Positions 28,162-41,855 of a DNA stretch of 64,000 nt are shown piece by piece. Position 1 is the stretch's first letter, and every line of letters begins with the position of its first letter. Below the pieces are notes generated by a model. That model saw only the letters and a list, made by a program, of their open reading frames with translations. It had not been told where the DNA came from and searched no databases. The position numbers and the translations under genes were made by a program. Origin of the DNA: Camelus ferus (Eukaryota); the NCBI RefSeq assembly GCF_009834535.1, contig NC_045697.1, forward strand, positions 38,256,001 to 38,320,000, in the 5' to 3' direction.

Positions 28162-29878
28162 TTAATCATGTATATAAACAAGAGATTACTGAATGAACTG
28201 TGCGATTCCTTTTTAGCTCTAAGATTCTATCAAAAGAAAGAGAGAAGAAAGGGGAGAGAAAGAAAGAGGGAAGGAAGGGAGAGAGGGATGGACTTGTATT
28301 CTATGTTTATTCCTGATTAAGCTTCAATTATTAGGCTAATGGAAAAAAATTAATCCTCTCAAACATATAAAGGATATTTTCCACATGATAAGGAGCAAAT
28401 GTTTCAGTGAGGAAACTACATAAGGTGCCTGATTAGTATCTGGTGATGGAATGGATGTGATTTCCTTTTGCTGAGATTCTCTGCAGAAGTGTCTTTCCAT
28501 CTGCAATTACGACAGCTAGGAAAAATTTCACGAGGTGTGACTAGGCGAACACTGCGCTTAAAATCACATAACCTTTGTATATTCTTTTTTTTAAATGTTG
28601 TTTTGTTTTTTAAAAAAATTTAATAGTATAAAGCAAGGTGGTATTAACACCAGTATCACAATCTTGGGGGCAGATTTGGGAAAAGGGAACTATCATTTCT
28701 TAAGCTCCATAGTAATGTCACAGTTTATATGATTAATCTCAAGTAAACTTCATAGCAACCCTGCCTAAAAAGGGAGAGTCAGATCAGGTAAGTACCTTGC
28801 CCATGGTTACGTAAGAGTCAAAATGGTTGTCTGACATCGAAACCCATGTTCTTTTTCCTGTCTCTTGTAAGAATTTTCCTACTTAAAAGAAACGGCAAGT
28901 GCACAAGTTGTTTGTATATGATCTTTAGACACCACATGGTAACAAATTATTAATACACTTGTTTGGTTTGGTCTCTCTCTACCTCCTTGTCATTTAGGGC
29001 AATGTTTACCTCTATTTCTCTTTTTATAGGACTACTTCAGATCACTTCAACACACATTTGTTGAGAACTCAGTAGTTGCCATGGATAAGCAGCAGGAACA
29101 CAAAAAATAAATAATTCAAAACCTCTGCCCTCAAGGAGAGTTAAGAGTTAGGCAGATAATGACTGTGAAAGCATTTTGTAAACTGAAAAGCACTTTTTAA
29201 ATGCAAGATATTGTTGTTACTGCTATTAGTAACTGGCAATTATTATTATTTTAACATGTAGGACCTAGATCAGATTTGATGCCTACTTTTTCCCTGAAAC
29301 ATCTCCACTAGAATTATAGAGCCTAGAGCAATCCAGGAAGAGTCAGTCTTTAGTAATTTTAATGATCCTTGCCATTAATTTTAAAAGTAATTCCTTGCTA
29401 TTAACTTCAAAGCCAGCAAGTTGGTGATCTGTTATATGCCAAAGGCTAATTAGCTATTCTATATATCCCCTTTCTACCACTGAAATAGCACAAGGGACTG
29501 ACCTCCTAGTAGAGAAAAAGAGAACCCCTTTCTCCCTTGTGGAATTCTGTAAGTGGGTTTATTCTTTTTTTCCATCCCCACCCATCCTCTCAAAGTCACT
29601 AGCCTAGGAAGACTTGATAACTGCACATTCTGACTCATGTTTTATTTGCATAATTGAAAAATCACAAATGCGTCAAAAATAATCTTTCTTATTTGTTCTT
29701 TTTAGAAGCAATATATTTGAAGCAGGTAGCTTTGGAAAGCTCATTTGTAGATTTTGGAAATACGTTTTTTACTGAGACTTCATAATTAATAAGCATACAT
29801 CAGAGAATATGAGAGAATCCAGGAGATCAAGCTACGTTCCTGGCTACAAACAAAATTATGTCTCTTTTTCTCTTCTAG

Positions 29879-30145
29879 GACAATCCATTTTTTGATCTGC
29901 ACTTCAAGAAAGTGTACAGTTTGGAAGCATATAGTTGTGCCTCTAAATATGCCTTTGCTCGAACTGTAAACAAGCTGAATCATGCATATCTTAAGAAAGA
30001 CTTACAGATTGTGAACTTTGATTCTACTTACATTAATGATGATTCCATTTGGTCCTCCAACAACAAGGATTGCTTGGTCCTTATGAGAATATGCTTTTAT
30101 GCTTTCAATCTAGTGTGCTTGTCCCTGTGTCCCCTGCCGCTCTGA
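29879..30145 (+). CDS. EXOC1L: EXOC1-like protein, terminal coding exon (DNPFFDLHF...LCPLPL*)
   Basis: Polypyrimidine acceptor tctcttctAG; stop TGA at 30143-30145. Spliced CDS is 121+131+267=519 nt, giving 172 aa. Aligns to EXOC1 ENPEFDLHF. Confidence 0.92.
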
Positions 30146-30255
30146 ACATGTACACCTGTTCCTTCATCAGTATTCTGTGAAAATAGTTCCCTATATAAAT
30201 ATTGATAGTCATGACTTTGTTTTTTCCCTTCATCAGTGACTATTACTTACATGAA

Positions 30256-30261
30256 AATAAA
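30256..30261 (+). terminator. EXOC1L: Probable EXOC1L polyadenylation signal
   Basis: AATAAA ~110 nt after the stop, followed by a GT-rich stretch. Confidence 0.6.
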
Positions 30262-30397
30262 GTAATGCTTTGTTAGTTGCAGTGAAATATTTTAACACAA
30301 TCATTCAGTATCTGGGACACTTCCCTATGCGTTCTTTGGTAACTTTGGATGATTTTGCCTAAATTAGTATTCTACTAAAAAGTACCATGAAGTACTT

Positions 30398-32095
30398 TGA
30401 AAGGCCTAAATAAATGGAAATACATCCTGTGTTCATGGATAGGAAGATTTAATATTGTCAAGATGTCAATACTACCCAAAGCAATCTGCAGACCAACGTA
30501 ATCCCTATAAAATTCCAATGGCTTTTTTTTGCAGAAAGGAAAAGTCAATCCTCAAATTCATATGGAGTTATAAGGGGCCCTACATAGGCAAACAATCTTG
30601 AAAAAGAATTACAAAGTTGAAGGACTCACACCTCCCAATTTCAAAACTTACTACAAAGCTGTAGTAATCAAAGCATAAAGATAGACATATAAACAAACGG
30701 AATAAAATTGAGAGTCCAGAAATCAATCCATACATCTATGGTTAGTTGATTTTTGACAAGGGTGCCAAGTTCATTCAAAGGGGAAAGAATAATCTCTTCA
30801 ACAAATGGTACTGGGACACCTGGATATCTACATGCAAAAGAATGAAACTCGACCCCCATCTTACGCCATACATAAAAATACTTAAAATGGATTAAAGAAT
30901 GGATGTAAAACATGAAACCATAAAACTCCTGGAAGAAAATGGAGGGGTAAATCTTCAGGACCTTGGATTTGGCAATGGATTTTTATGATATCAAAAGCAT
31001 GAAAAACAAAAGAAAAAGCATCAAAGAATAATATCAAGAAAGTGAAAAAAAATTAAAGAATGAAAGAAAATACTTGCAAATTGTATATTTGACAAGGTTT
31101 AATATAAAGATCTCCTACAACTCAGTAACAAAAAGACCCAATTAAAACATAGACAAGAAACCTGAATAGACAAAGAATATATACAATAAGCGCAAGAAAA
31201 GGCGCTCAAACATCATTAATCAGTAGAGAAACGCAAATCAGAACCAAAAGGAGATACCACTTCTCAACTACTAGGTTGGTTATTTTAAAACACACACACA
31301 AAAAAAAACAAGTGTTGGCAAAGATGTGGAGAAATTGGAATCCTCATACATTGCTTGTGGGAAAGTAAAACGGTATAGCCACCATGGAAAACACTGCAGA
31401 AAAGCTTTCTTCCTCAAAAAGCTAAATACAGAATTACCCAAAGACCTAGCAATTCCATTCCTAGATATACACAAAGAAACAGAAAGCAGGGACTTGAATA
31501 GGTGTTTGGACACCAATGTTCATCACAGCATTATCCACTGTTGTGGATATTGTGTGCCAAAGATGGAAATAACCCAAGTGTCCATCAACAGATGAATGGA
31601 TAAATAAAATGTGGTATATCCATACAGTGGAATATTATTCTGCTATAAAAAGCAATGAAGTTTTGATACAAGCTACAACACGGCTGAACATTGAAAATAT
31701 GCTAAGTGGAATAAGCCAGATACAAAAGGACAAATATTGTATGATTCCACTTATATGAAATATCTAGAATAGACAAAATATGAGGCAGAAGGTAGATTAG
31801 AGGTTACCAGGGACTGGGAGGAGGAAGGAATGGGGAGTTATTGCTGAACTGTTAGAATTCCTGTTCGGGATGATGAAAAAGTTTTGGAAATAGATGGTGG
31901 TGATGATTGCACAACACTGTGAATATAATTAATGCTGCTGAATTGTACATTTTTCAATGGCAAATTTAATGTTACAGATATAATACCATAATTTTGAAAA
32001 ATATCAATGTAACATGCTAAAAATCATTGAACTGAACACCTTAAATGGGTGAGTTATATGGTATGTGCATTATACATCAATAAACCTGTTAAAAA
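30398..32095 (+). mobile_element. Old L1 (L1MB-like): 3' ORF2 and 3'UTR fragment
   Basis: Degenerate ORF2 homology (tgttcatggataggaaga, tttttgacaagggtgccaag, gtccatcaacagatgaatggataaa); ends ...caataaacctgttaaaaa. Confidence 0.8.
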
Positions 32096-35000
32096 GGAAA
32101 AATGACCACCTTAAGTCTCCTAGAAGAAAACATGAGTGAATATTTTTATAAACTGAGACTGGAGGAAACTCAGCTATCACTCAAATTCAGAAGCAATTAA
32201 AATGAGTAATATAACTACATAAATATAAGAAGACTTTGCATGAAAAAACTAACTAATCAAATGACAAACTGGAAAAAACTGCAAGCTGTATAACAATGCA
32301 CATATCCTTCATATACAGAGTGCTCCTAAAATTGAGGAGTTAAAAAGACTAACTGTAGTTTGCTGAAAAATTAGTAAAAAATATGAACAGACATTTCATA
32401 GGAAAAGAACTGCAAGTGACATTTAAATATATGAAAAGATGCTCAACTTTGCCCATAATAAGAGAAATTTAAATTAAATATACAGTGTGATCCTGTTTGG
32501 ATCAGACTAGAAAAAATCCAAAACTTTGACAACATTATATTGGAAATGGGAAAACGGGTCCTCTCATTCACTGCTGTTGGAAATGCAAGAAAGGAATCCC
32601 ATAGAAGAGGAATTTGGCAATAGCTTGCAGAATTACATGTACATTGACTCTTACCTGGCAATTTAATTTTATCTAAGACTCCATCTCAAAGGTACTTTGG
32701 CAAAGATACAGAATGATACATGCATAAGGCATGTGACATTGTTTATAAAAGTGAAATATTTCAAATAGCCCAAATATCCATTATTAGAGGATCAGTTGAA
32801 TAAACTATGGTACAAATACACATACAGTCCCAGGCAGCAGTACAAAGTGGAAAATAGAGAAGCCTGCAGGTGTGCCCTGATTGGAGGCCACTGGCATGGG
32901 GGAGGTGTAAATGGGCTAACTAGAAGCTGGGCATGCTAGGTGACTGGTTACAGGTGCATATATGGCTTTCTCTAGTTGGTCCTAAGTTGGAAGTGGGGGC
33001 CAAAATTAGGGAAGCTGGCTTATTAATCAAGTACTGGCCACTTGGGGCCCATTACCATAGAGATTATTATTTGGCTTTCTAGATTAGTTGCTACAGATAG
33101 TAGTTTGACTTCCTGGACTGGTTATTACACATACTCGGTTGGCTTCATCAGCTGGTTGCTGCAGGTTGTAGGTCAGAGTTCTATTTTTACATATGGTCTA
33201 GCCATTGTCCATTTGTATATTCAGAAATCTCTTGATTATAGTGGTGGTTACATAATTATATACATTTCTCAAAATCCATCAAACCAAAAACCATATTCAG
33301 AAATTTAACTGTTAATATATTTGGTAGTGTTATTTTGACACTATCATAGGAGTATTGAATATTGTAGGATTGAGCATATGTTATCATGTTAATGTCATTA
33401 GAAACTGAGATTTTAAGTTTAATAGAATATATGTATAAAATCAAAGAAATTAAAATCCTCTAATGGCAAATTTAACTGGAAATATTAATATAAACTTATT
33501 AATATAAATTTCTCTTTAAGAAAAATAAGCTTGCATTTCCTAGATTGGCCCACTGAGACTTTGAAGCAAAGGCATTGTGAGCAATGAGCATCTTAGTATG
33601 CAAGAGTGTTCTATAAATGCTGTTTACCACTGAAAAGAATGAAGACTGTTTAAAGAAATTACTGATTCTAGGTCTGGGACAGAAAATGTACAAGATGAAC
33701 ATGGGATATCTTGATGTACCAGGAAAAAAGGAAGCTATTAAAGTCAACTGGGGTCAGTCCAAGGACACAGGAGCCAACTTGAAGTAGCTTCCACTGGCCT
33801 AAGATAGGACAATTTGAGCATAAGAAGGAAAATGACTATAATATAGTATAATAAAACACAAAAATATATTTCAGCCCATGAATTTCATAATACTTAAAAA
33901 AAAATCTCATTTGTCATCATTGGAACATCTGAAAATCAATAAATAAAGGAAAGACTCAAGCATGTATCTTACCTTTCCTGTAGAAACTGTATTTCAGGTA
34001 ACAGACGATAAGAGGAAGTTTTAAAGAAGAATTTCAAATAGTCAATGCAGTAGGAATGATAGAACTAGAAAATTACCATTTTTCAATGACTAATGAAATT
34101 ATGGATTTAGGCAACAATTACCAATGAATGTTAAAAACCATTAGGTAAAAGGTTATGGGGAACTTTATAATGGAAGGAGCAGGCTGACTCCACCCAAACC
34201 CAGTAAGTAATCTTAGTATCACTAAAAATGGGTCAGCCAGCCCTACGTGCTCATTATGTGATGTGGTAAGATGTACACACGCCACCAATGAAGGAGACTA
34301 ATCTGAAAAATGAATGTGAATCTAATCAGTCTCCTAGGTTTAGTTACTGAGTTTTAGGAAATATGGGGAATGAAGGAATAAGCTAAATGACAACCAAATG
34401 AAGAATGAAATTCTACAGCACCAATGACTCCATTTCTCCACAAATCAATTATTTAAAGTATGTGTGTGTGTGGCGGGGAAAGGGAAGGGTGGATAGAAAA
34501 ACTGTTTATTATCTTATTCCTTAAGATAAAAGAGACTTAAGAAAGGTAACATCCAAATACAACATGTGAACATGGTTTAGACCCTGATTTGAATATACCA
34601 AGTGTAAAAAAGACTGTTTTGAAACCATAAGGGAAAGTTGAATTTGGAGAATATTAGATATTAAGGAATAATCACTAATTTTGTTAAGTGTCATAAGGTT
34701 GTGATGGGTATGTTTTATAAAAGTCTTTATAAATTAGATAAGACAGTTAGATACTAGGATATTTACTGGTGATACAGCATGAAGTGAGGATTTACTGTCA
34801 AATTCTGCAGGAATGAAAAATGGAGAACAATTTAAAATACGATTGGTGTAACCATTATTGAAACTGGATGAAGAATCCATGGGAGTTTATTATACCAGTC
34901 TCTCTACTTTTGGGTATGTTTTAAATTTTTCATAGTAAAACATTTAAAACTGTTGACATCTACCATTCTGAAACAAAAGCTAAAGATCATTTTGAAATAC

Positions 35001-35769
35001 CATTCTCTTATAAAAGGACGCAGAGTTACTTGAGAATGGCTCGGGCAAGGAAAATACTAGGTAAGCCAGAATATCTAGGTGCCAGAGGATAAGGAAGTGC
35101 TTTAGAAAAAAAAAAAATGAGAGCAAAAAGACACAGGAAACAATTTGAAATAGTTGTCAATGGCTAGTGCTGGAAAAATTTGAGCAACAAAACAAATAAG
35201 GAAGTACTGGAACATCACTCAAAGAATAAAGTAAATACCTGAGCCCATACTAACAAAAAAAAATGAATGAGGGAAGAAAGAAAAATTCTTCCTTATGGTA
35301 TAGTTTCAAATAATAAAAGTAGAAGGAATGAGGGAAACTAGTAAATGTAGAAAAAAAAAATGAGGAGAATAGAAAATCACCATCAAAGCACCATAGTAGT
35401 AATTGCTGCAGATGAGATCAATAAATGAATACTAAAATTAATGAGTGAAAGTTTAAGGAGAAATAGAATATTTTCATAGCCTCAAAGTGTTTCTCCTAAA
35501 ATATTTGTTGACTAAAAGAGGGGAAAATAGTAACATTATAGTGGCAGACATCTGATAGACAATCCCTTAAACAGGGATCGAGGTAAATTTTACCAGTAGT
35601 AATGGGACATACCAATGTCGAGATATGATACGATGCACTGAGAAAGGCACCTCACCTCTGTACTGTTCTTCCCCCAAATACATAACCTTTGTCTAACCAT
35701 GAGAAAACACAGGACAAATCCAAATTGGGGGACATTCTGTAAGTTAGGATGCTTCAAACAAAACAAAAT

Positions 35770-36370
35770 GGCTGCCATAACAAAATGAAAAGGCAACCTA
35801 CTCAATGGTAGAAAATATTTGCAAATCATATATCTGATTAGGGACTGATATCCAAAATACATGAAGAACTCATACAATTCAATAGCAAGAAAATATACAA
35901 TCTGATTTTAAAACGGGCAAAAGATCTGAATAGACATTTTTCCATAAAAGACATACAGATGGCCAATGGGTACATAAAAAGATGCTCAATATCATTAATC
36001 ATCAAGAGAAATGCAAACCAAAACCACAATGAGATATCACCTCACACCAGTTAGAATAGCTATTACCAAAAAGACAAGAAATAGCAAGTATTGGGGAGGA
36101 TGTAGAAAAAAGGGAACCTGCATGCACTGTTGGTGGGAATTTAAATTGGTGCAGCCACTATGGAAAACAGTATGGAAGTTTCTCAAAAAACTAAAAATAG
36201 AGCTAACATATGATCCAGCAATTCCACTTCTGGGTATTTATCCAAAGAAAACAAAAACACTTACTCAAAAAGATATCTGCACTCCCATGTTCACAGCAGC
36301 ATTGTTTAAAATAGTCAAGATATGGAAACAACGTAAGTGTCCATCAATAGATAAATGGATAAAGAAAATG

Positions 36371-36413
<43 letters not shown>

Positions 36414-36720
36414 TATTATTCAGCCATAAAAAAGAATGAAACCTTGACATTTGCTACAAAATGGATGAATCTCAAGGGCATAACGCTAATGAAATAAGTT
36501 AGACAGAGGAAGACAAATACTGTATGATCTCTCTTATATGTGAAATCTTAAAAAAAAGAAAGTAAGAAAAAAATCTCATAGATACAGAGAACAGACTGGT
36601 GGTTGTCAGTGGTGGGGTGTTGGGGAGATGGGAGAAATGGGTGAAAAGGGTCAAAGGTAAAAAGAAAAAATAATTATAATAAAGTAAATTAAAATGAAAA
36701 AAATAATAAAATAAAGTTAA
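35770..36720 (+). mobile_element. L1 (L1MA-like) 3' fragment
   Basis: ORF 36011-36439 ([13 protein letters not shown]...HCWWE...[12 protein letters not shown]) is the ORF2 C-terminus; A-rich tail. Confidence 0.85.
36372..36410. repeat. (CA)19 microsatellite
   Basis: Perfect dinucleotide tract read directly. Confidence 0.97.
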
Positions 36721-38498
36721 GATCAGCTTTCTGAGCCAGGCAAAGGGAAGGCAAGGAAAGAAAAAAAACCTTTAAGTTGTATATATTTTGTATGATTTCC
36801 TGCCTTAATCAAGTTTTTCAATTATCTGGCCAGAGCTTTGAGGAAAGATTCTGCCCAGGCATCTCTCCTTGGCTTGTAGATGGGCATCTTCTCCTGGTGC
36901 CTTCACATTGTCTTCCCTCTGGGCATGTTTCTGAGTCCAAATTTCCTCTTTTTATGAGGACAAGTCATATTGGATTAGAGCCCACTGTAATGACCTCATT
37001 TTAGTTTGGTTGCTTCTATGAAGATCCTATCTCCACGTAAGGTCACATTCTGAGACACTGGGGGTTAGGACTTTAAAATAATGAATTTGGGACAGTGAGC
37101 AGTATGGGAAGGGGGACACAATTCAATTCATAATTATGAGGAACAGATTGGAGGACACTTAAGGGGACTTGACAACTAAATGCAGTGTGAGATCCTGGAT
37201 TGGATCCCAGAATAGAAAAAGGATATTGGTAGAAAAACTGAAGAAATCTCAGTAAGATCTATGATTTAGTTAGTGATATTATACTAAAGTTAATTTCTTA
37301 GTTTTGGATAATTGGGCTATGGTTATGCAAAATGTTAGCACTGGGGGAAGCTGGGCAATGAGTGGGGGGGGGGGAGCTCTCTGTACTACCTTTGCAACTG
37401 CTCCATAAGATTAAATTTTAAAAAGTTAAGACCTATTTGAGTCAATTTCTATCAAGTACCTAAACGATGAAGAGACAGACAATTTGTGGGAAAATGAATT
37501 GGTTGCATCTCACTTCCAAGTGAGAAACCAAGTCACCACTGGTTTTCTTGTTCTGAAAATGGGAAATGCCCTCTAATTGGGACAACAAGTAAAAATACCT
37601 TTTTTCTCAAAGCAGGCAGTTCAAGTGATGATATGCTAGAAAAATCTCACACATCCTACGCCAAGTCTTGCATTACCCTCTCCGACTAATAAAAAACCTA
37701 TCCATATAGCTCATGTGTTTGCTTCTAAGGTAAAAAGTTCAGATTGTGGTCTATGAAAGTGATCATGTCCCATATTGGAATGATGTCTTTAAAGAGAGAA
37801 GAAAGATAGTATCTCATTCATATTTGTATTATACACTGGAGGCACTCAAATTATGTGTATTTATTTTCTTGACATGTAATCCTTATAAAGGAAATTTTTT
37901 AGTTACTTACTGAAAATCAGATCACCTTAGTAATTATTTTTTTCCTCTCTCTGCCTTTGCTTCTCTGTATTCTTTTTTCTCCCCTACTCTTTTTAAGTTT
38001 AATTCCTCTGCAAGCCAAAATGTCTTTAATTCTCTACACTCTTTCCTCGTATATTTTTAATTTTACTCCTCTTTTAGCTAAGCCACTGCCAGCAATTGGA
38101 AACTCCTAGCGCCTAGTTGCCAAGACTAGCAGAATCACCCACACAGGCCTTCAGGTCGTGCACCACACTAGAGGATCCCATCTAAAGGAGAATCATTCCT
38201 ATCATCGACAACAATTAATTTAGAAGACAATTTACAGGCGAAATCTACAATTTAAGGCCACCAAGTCGAGTTCTGGAAAGGTAGGGGAGAGCTCCCTCCT
38301 TCATAAAGTCTCATCTGCACTCAGAGAGAGTACCAATCTACCAGCACACACTCTAGCAATTGTCCACACTCTCCCTTGACTACATTCTGAGCATCTCTTT
38401 GTATCAGCTGGCTATTTTCACAATAATACAGTATAACAACAACTCTATGTCTGAGTGGCTTATAAACAACAAGCATTTAGCTCTTGCTTATGCATCTT

Positions 38499-38564
38499 TT
38501 TTTTTACATTTTTTTTAACAATATAACATTTTTTATTGATTTATAATCACTTTACAATGTTGTG
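38499..38564 (-). mobile_element. 66-bp extremely 5'-truncated L1 insertion
   Basis: Perfect 15-bp TSD TTGCTTATGCATCTT (38484-38498, 38565-38579); reverse complement resembles the L1 tail at ~9916-9960. Confidence 0.85.
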
Positions 38565-38917
38565 TTGCTTATGCATCTTGAGGTTCATTGGAATAGGGCG
38601 AATCCAGGCTGGGCTTGGCTGAACTGAGCTGGGATGGGCTCAGATACTGTATGGGTACTTAAAAATTAATTTTTATAATCTTCTATAATTTTTTTAATCA
38701 TATAATTCTTTACCTCAAAAAGTCCTATTTAAAGAAAACATCACCACAAGTAGAATGGTGATTGCCAGGGACTGGAAGAGCGAGAATGAGCAGTTATTGT
38801 TTAATGAATTTCAGTTTTGCAAGATGAGGAGTCATGGAGATGGAGGGTGGTGATGGCTGTGTAACAATATGAATGTACTTAATACCACTGAACTATACAC
38901 TTAAAAATAGTTAAGAT

Positions 38918-39060
38918 GGGGGAAGGTATAGCTCAAGTGGTAGAGTGCATGCTTAGCATCTATGAGGTCCTGGGTTCAATCCCCAGTAATTCTCCTAAGA
39001 ATAAATAAATAAACAAACCTAATTACCTCCCCCCACCCCCCATAAATTTAAAAATTAAAA
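38918..39060 (+). mobile_element. tRNA-derived SINE (camelid vic-1-like), nested in an old L1 3' end (~38745-39115)
   Basis: A box TAGCTCAAGTGG (38929-38940), B box GGTTCAATCCC (38973-38983), A-rich tail; 15-bp TSD with 2 mismatches (38903-38917, 39061-39075). Confidence 0.8.
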
Positions 39061-41614
39061 AAAAATAGGTACGATAGCAAAGCTTATGTTATATGTATTT
39101 TACCACAATGTTTTAAATTGGGGGGAAAATTACTGACAATGTAAAGAAAATGAACAAGCCACTGTGCTTTCAAATTTTTCTTACGCTTAAACGAATAACC
39201 AGACAACATCAAAATCATAAACTGTCCCCCAAGTTAACACTGATGAGAATATTAAGCCAAGTAGAAATACTGGTACTGTAGTTATCAACCAATGCAAATA
39301 TTGACGAGCCTCATTCGTTTCACTGTCAAGAAAACATGAAATAAATTTTGTAGATGTCTATAGGTTTCAGAAACAAATCTTTTATTTCAACCATGCTGAT
39401 GGAAATTTGTTCTCTGTTCCAGATAAACTAACTTTTAGTGGTGGCTAGTCCTAAAATCAAGTTTTTGTATGTTATTCTAATATAGCCATTTCAGTCTAGA
39501 CAGTTTTCTGCAGACCACTTTTATTGAGTTTCTCTTAACAGTCATGCTTTTCTATTTCATGGTTTGACCATCCCTTTTTTTGCTATCAAGTTGAAGTATT
39601 TTTCCTGAAAGACTGACGATTCTATGGAAAAACAGGTAACAAGTTTATTACAGAAGTACCAGATTTTATACACAATTCTAGGAAACACTTGACCCTCAAG
39701 TCCTTGACTCTACTTTCAAGCCAAAATATGTTAATAGTAAAAATTAATTATCTACACTTTTTATCACTAAATAATCATAACAACAGCAAAATCTTATCTT
39801 TGTACAGTTTAAGTACTACATGCCAGAAAGTTACTTACTGACTGTTGTTTAAACAAACTTAGCATATGTGAAATATATATCTTCCCACCGAATTTTATCC
39901 ATACAAATGGTAAACAACTTAATAACTCTTTGGGACAAAGAAGGGATATAAGTTTAAAGCAGTCAGTCAACATTAAATTTGATTTTCCATAAAGATGAAT
40001 ACAGTCAAACCATTTATATTTATCTTGATTTGCTTACACTCCTAGAGTACAGGTCTAGTCTTGCCAGTAGTGTTACTCCTGAATTCCCCAAGTGCAAAGG
40101 AGAGAAAAATCTGTGTCCAGGGATTAACCTGAGTGTACTAACAAAGTCACAATGAGAGTCATTAACCTCTACTTTCAAGCCAAAATATGTTGTGTATTTT
40201 TGTCCATAGTGGCCAATTCCCACAAGAGGTTCAGAATTAGGTGAGAGATGATCTCTGCACTTCTGAGAGAATCTCTCCAAATGTAAATAGAGAATGTAGC
40301 ACTGTGCTTTTATTATCATATCACCCTAAAACACGTGCATTGAATAAGGCAACTGCACAAAAAAGGCTTTGAGATGCAATATTATTCTGCAAGTCAACCT
40401 TTGCCTTCCTCGTAGTATTTGTATGTCTTATTGTATTATTTGTCTATGTTGTTCAAATGTGCATCTTTTATCTAGTTAATATCTAGTTTTAATATTTATT
40501 TAATTATAGTGATCACCATCTTCAGTTAGTGTCTACCTGACTTCCTTCTATAAAGCTGCAAAGAAATGGAAAGTATCATGTTGGGGTAGCTACATCTGTT
40601 TCTTATAAAACCTAGAACAAACACCCATTGCTTAATGTGCCTAACAGGAGAAGCTGTCCTCTCATCCTGTCACTGTTAAAGCCATTTATAAATAAAGAAT
40701 CTGGAAATGGAGCACAGTGATCCTTGTTCCAAAAAAAAAAAAATTACTTGGTGTTCTTTGTGTTGATACTAATGGTCTGACATCTCTGAAAAACTGCTCC
40801 TCCTTCCTTAGACAGGAATGTGCATAATTGAGTTATAAGAAAACAATGCTCAGAAACAGAAGAGAAAAAGCAAAGTAACTGACATAATAAAGTGCTCAAA
40901 GTTATAAATAACGAAAAAATGAGATTATATAAACCCATATGATTTCTTCAGACAGATGAAGACCCTCTTGGCCTCATAGTCAAGTTGAAATCAATTAGAC
41001 TTAAATTAAGGGACAGTTGGGCTGCAGTAAAAGTGGGTGACGCCTAAGTCCACGTCTGTGAGATCTGTGAGGTTTCTCACTAAGCAAAGTCTGCGAAACC
41101 AGTGGCACTGCCCACACATTGGTGCTTTGTCAGGCAGAGTCCTGGAGGCAGTAGAACACTTCTGTCCCTCCTCTGTCAGGGACAGCTGAGGAAAAGGGAC
41201 ACTGCACTCCCCCTCTAAAATGGGCAAAAACAGTACAGGTTCTCTGAGGGATCTGAGATCAAGTCTCCACAAGCATCCCACCTCCGCTTCCTTGGTGCAG
41301 GCATCAAGAGTGATTCTCTGAGGACACAATTACCTTTCAGCCAATATTGTTTCATAATTTTGCCAACAACGTTCAAACAGCAATACTCACTGCCCTTGGC
41401 CATTTAGAAGAGAATTTTCCCTTGGAGCGCATTTACAATAAAAAATTTATTTCATGCTACCCAAACATGAGATGGTCTCATACCTGAGATGTGTTAATAT
41501 ACATGGCTTTCTGCCTATGAAAGGGAAGTAGTACCTCAGGGCCTTTGTGACTATTTTGCTTCTCAAGAACATAAACCTACCCAATTTTATCTTCTAAACA
41601 ACCTGCATGTAAAT

Positions 41615-41855
41615 AGTAACTGCCATTTATTGAGTGTTTACTATGTGCCAAGCAATGTGCAAATGCTTCATAATAAATATACCTCCGCAAATTGCAGGAC
41701 AGTCCCAAAAGATGGCAATGATTATTTTGAATTTACAGATGAGGAAACTCAAGCCCAGAAGAGTTAAGTAACTTGCCCTGGGTCACTGAACCAGTAAAGA
41801 CCAGATATGAAACCAGGTCTGAATGACTCCAGCGATCATGTACTTTTCACTATCT
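41615..41855 (-). mobile_element. MIR SINE
   Basis: MIR core tttacagatgaggaaactcaagcccaga...aagtaacttgccc. Confidence 0.75.

Larger units (their letters stand above)
32100..37425 (+). mobile_element. Nested cluster of old L1M fragments, with a probable LTR piece (~32830-33225), a younger L1 and an MLT1 fragment (~36850-37135)
   Basis: L1MC-type 3'UTR motifs at 35400-35740 resume at 37145-37425. Subfamilies uncertain. Confidence 0.55.

Noticed and set aside
29075..29088. RFX X-box-like GTTGCCATGGATAA in EXOC1L intron 2
   Set aside because: A single imperfect motif in probable decayed repeat sequence, with no other support.
38918..38990. tRNA gene
   Set aside because: An A-rich tail, a TSD and nesting in an L1 identify it as a SINE.
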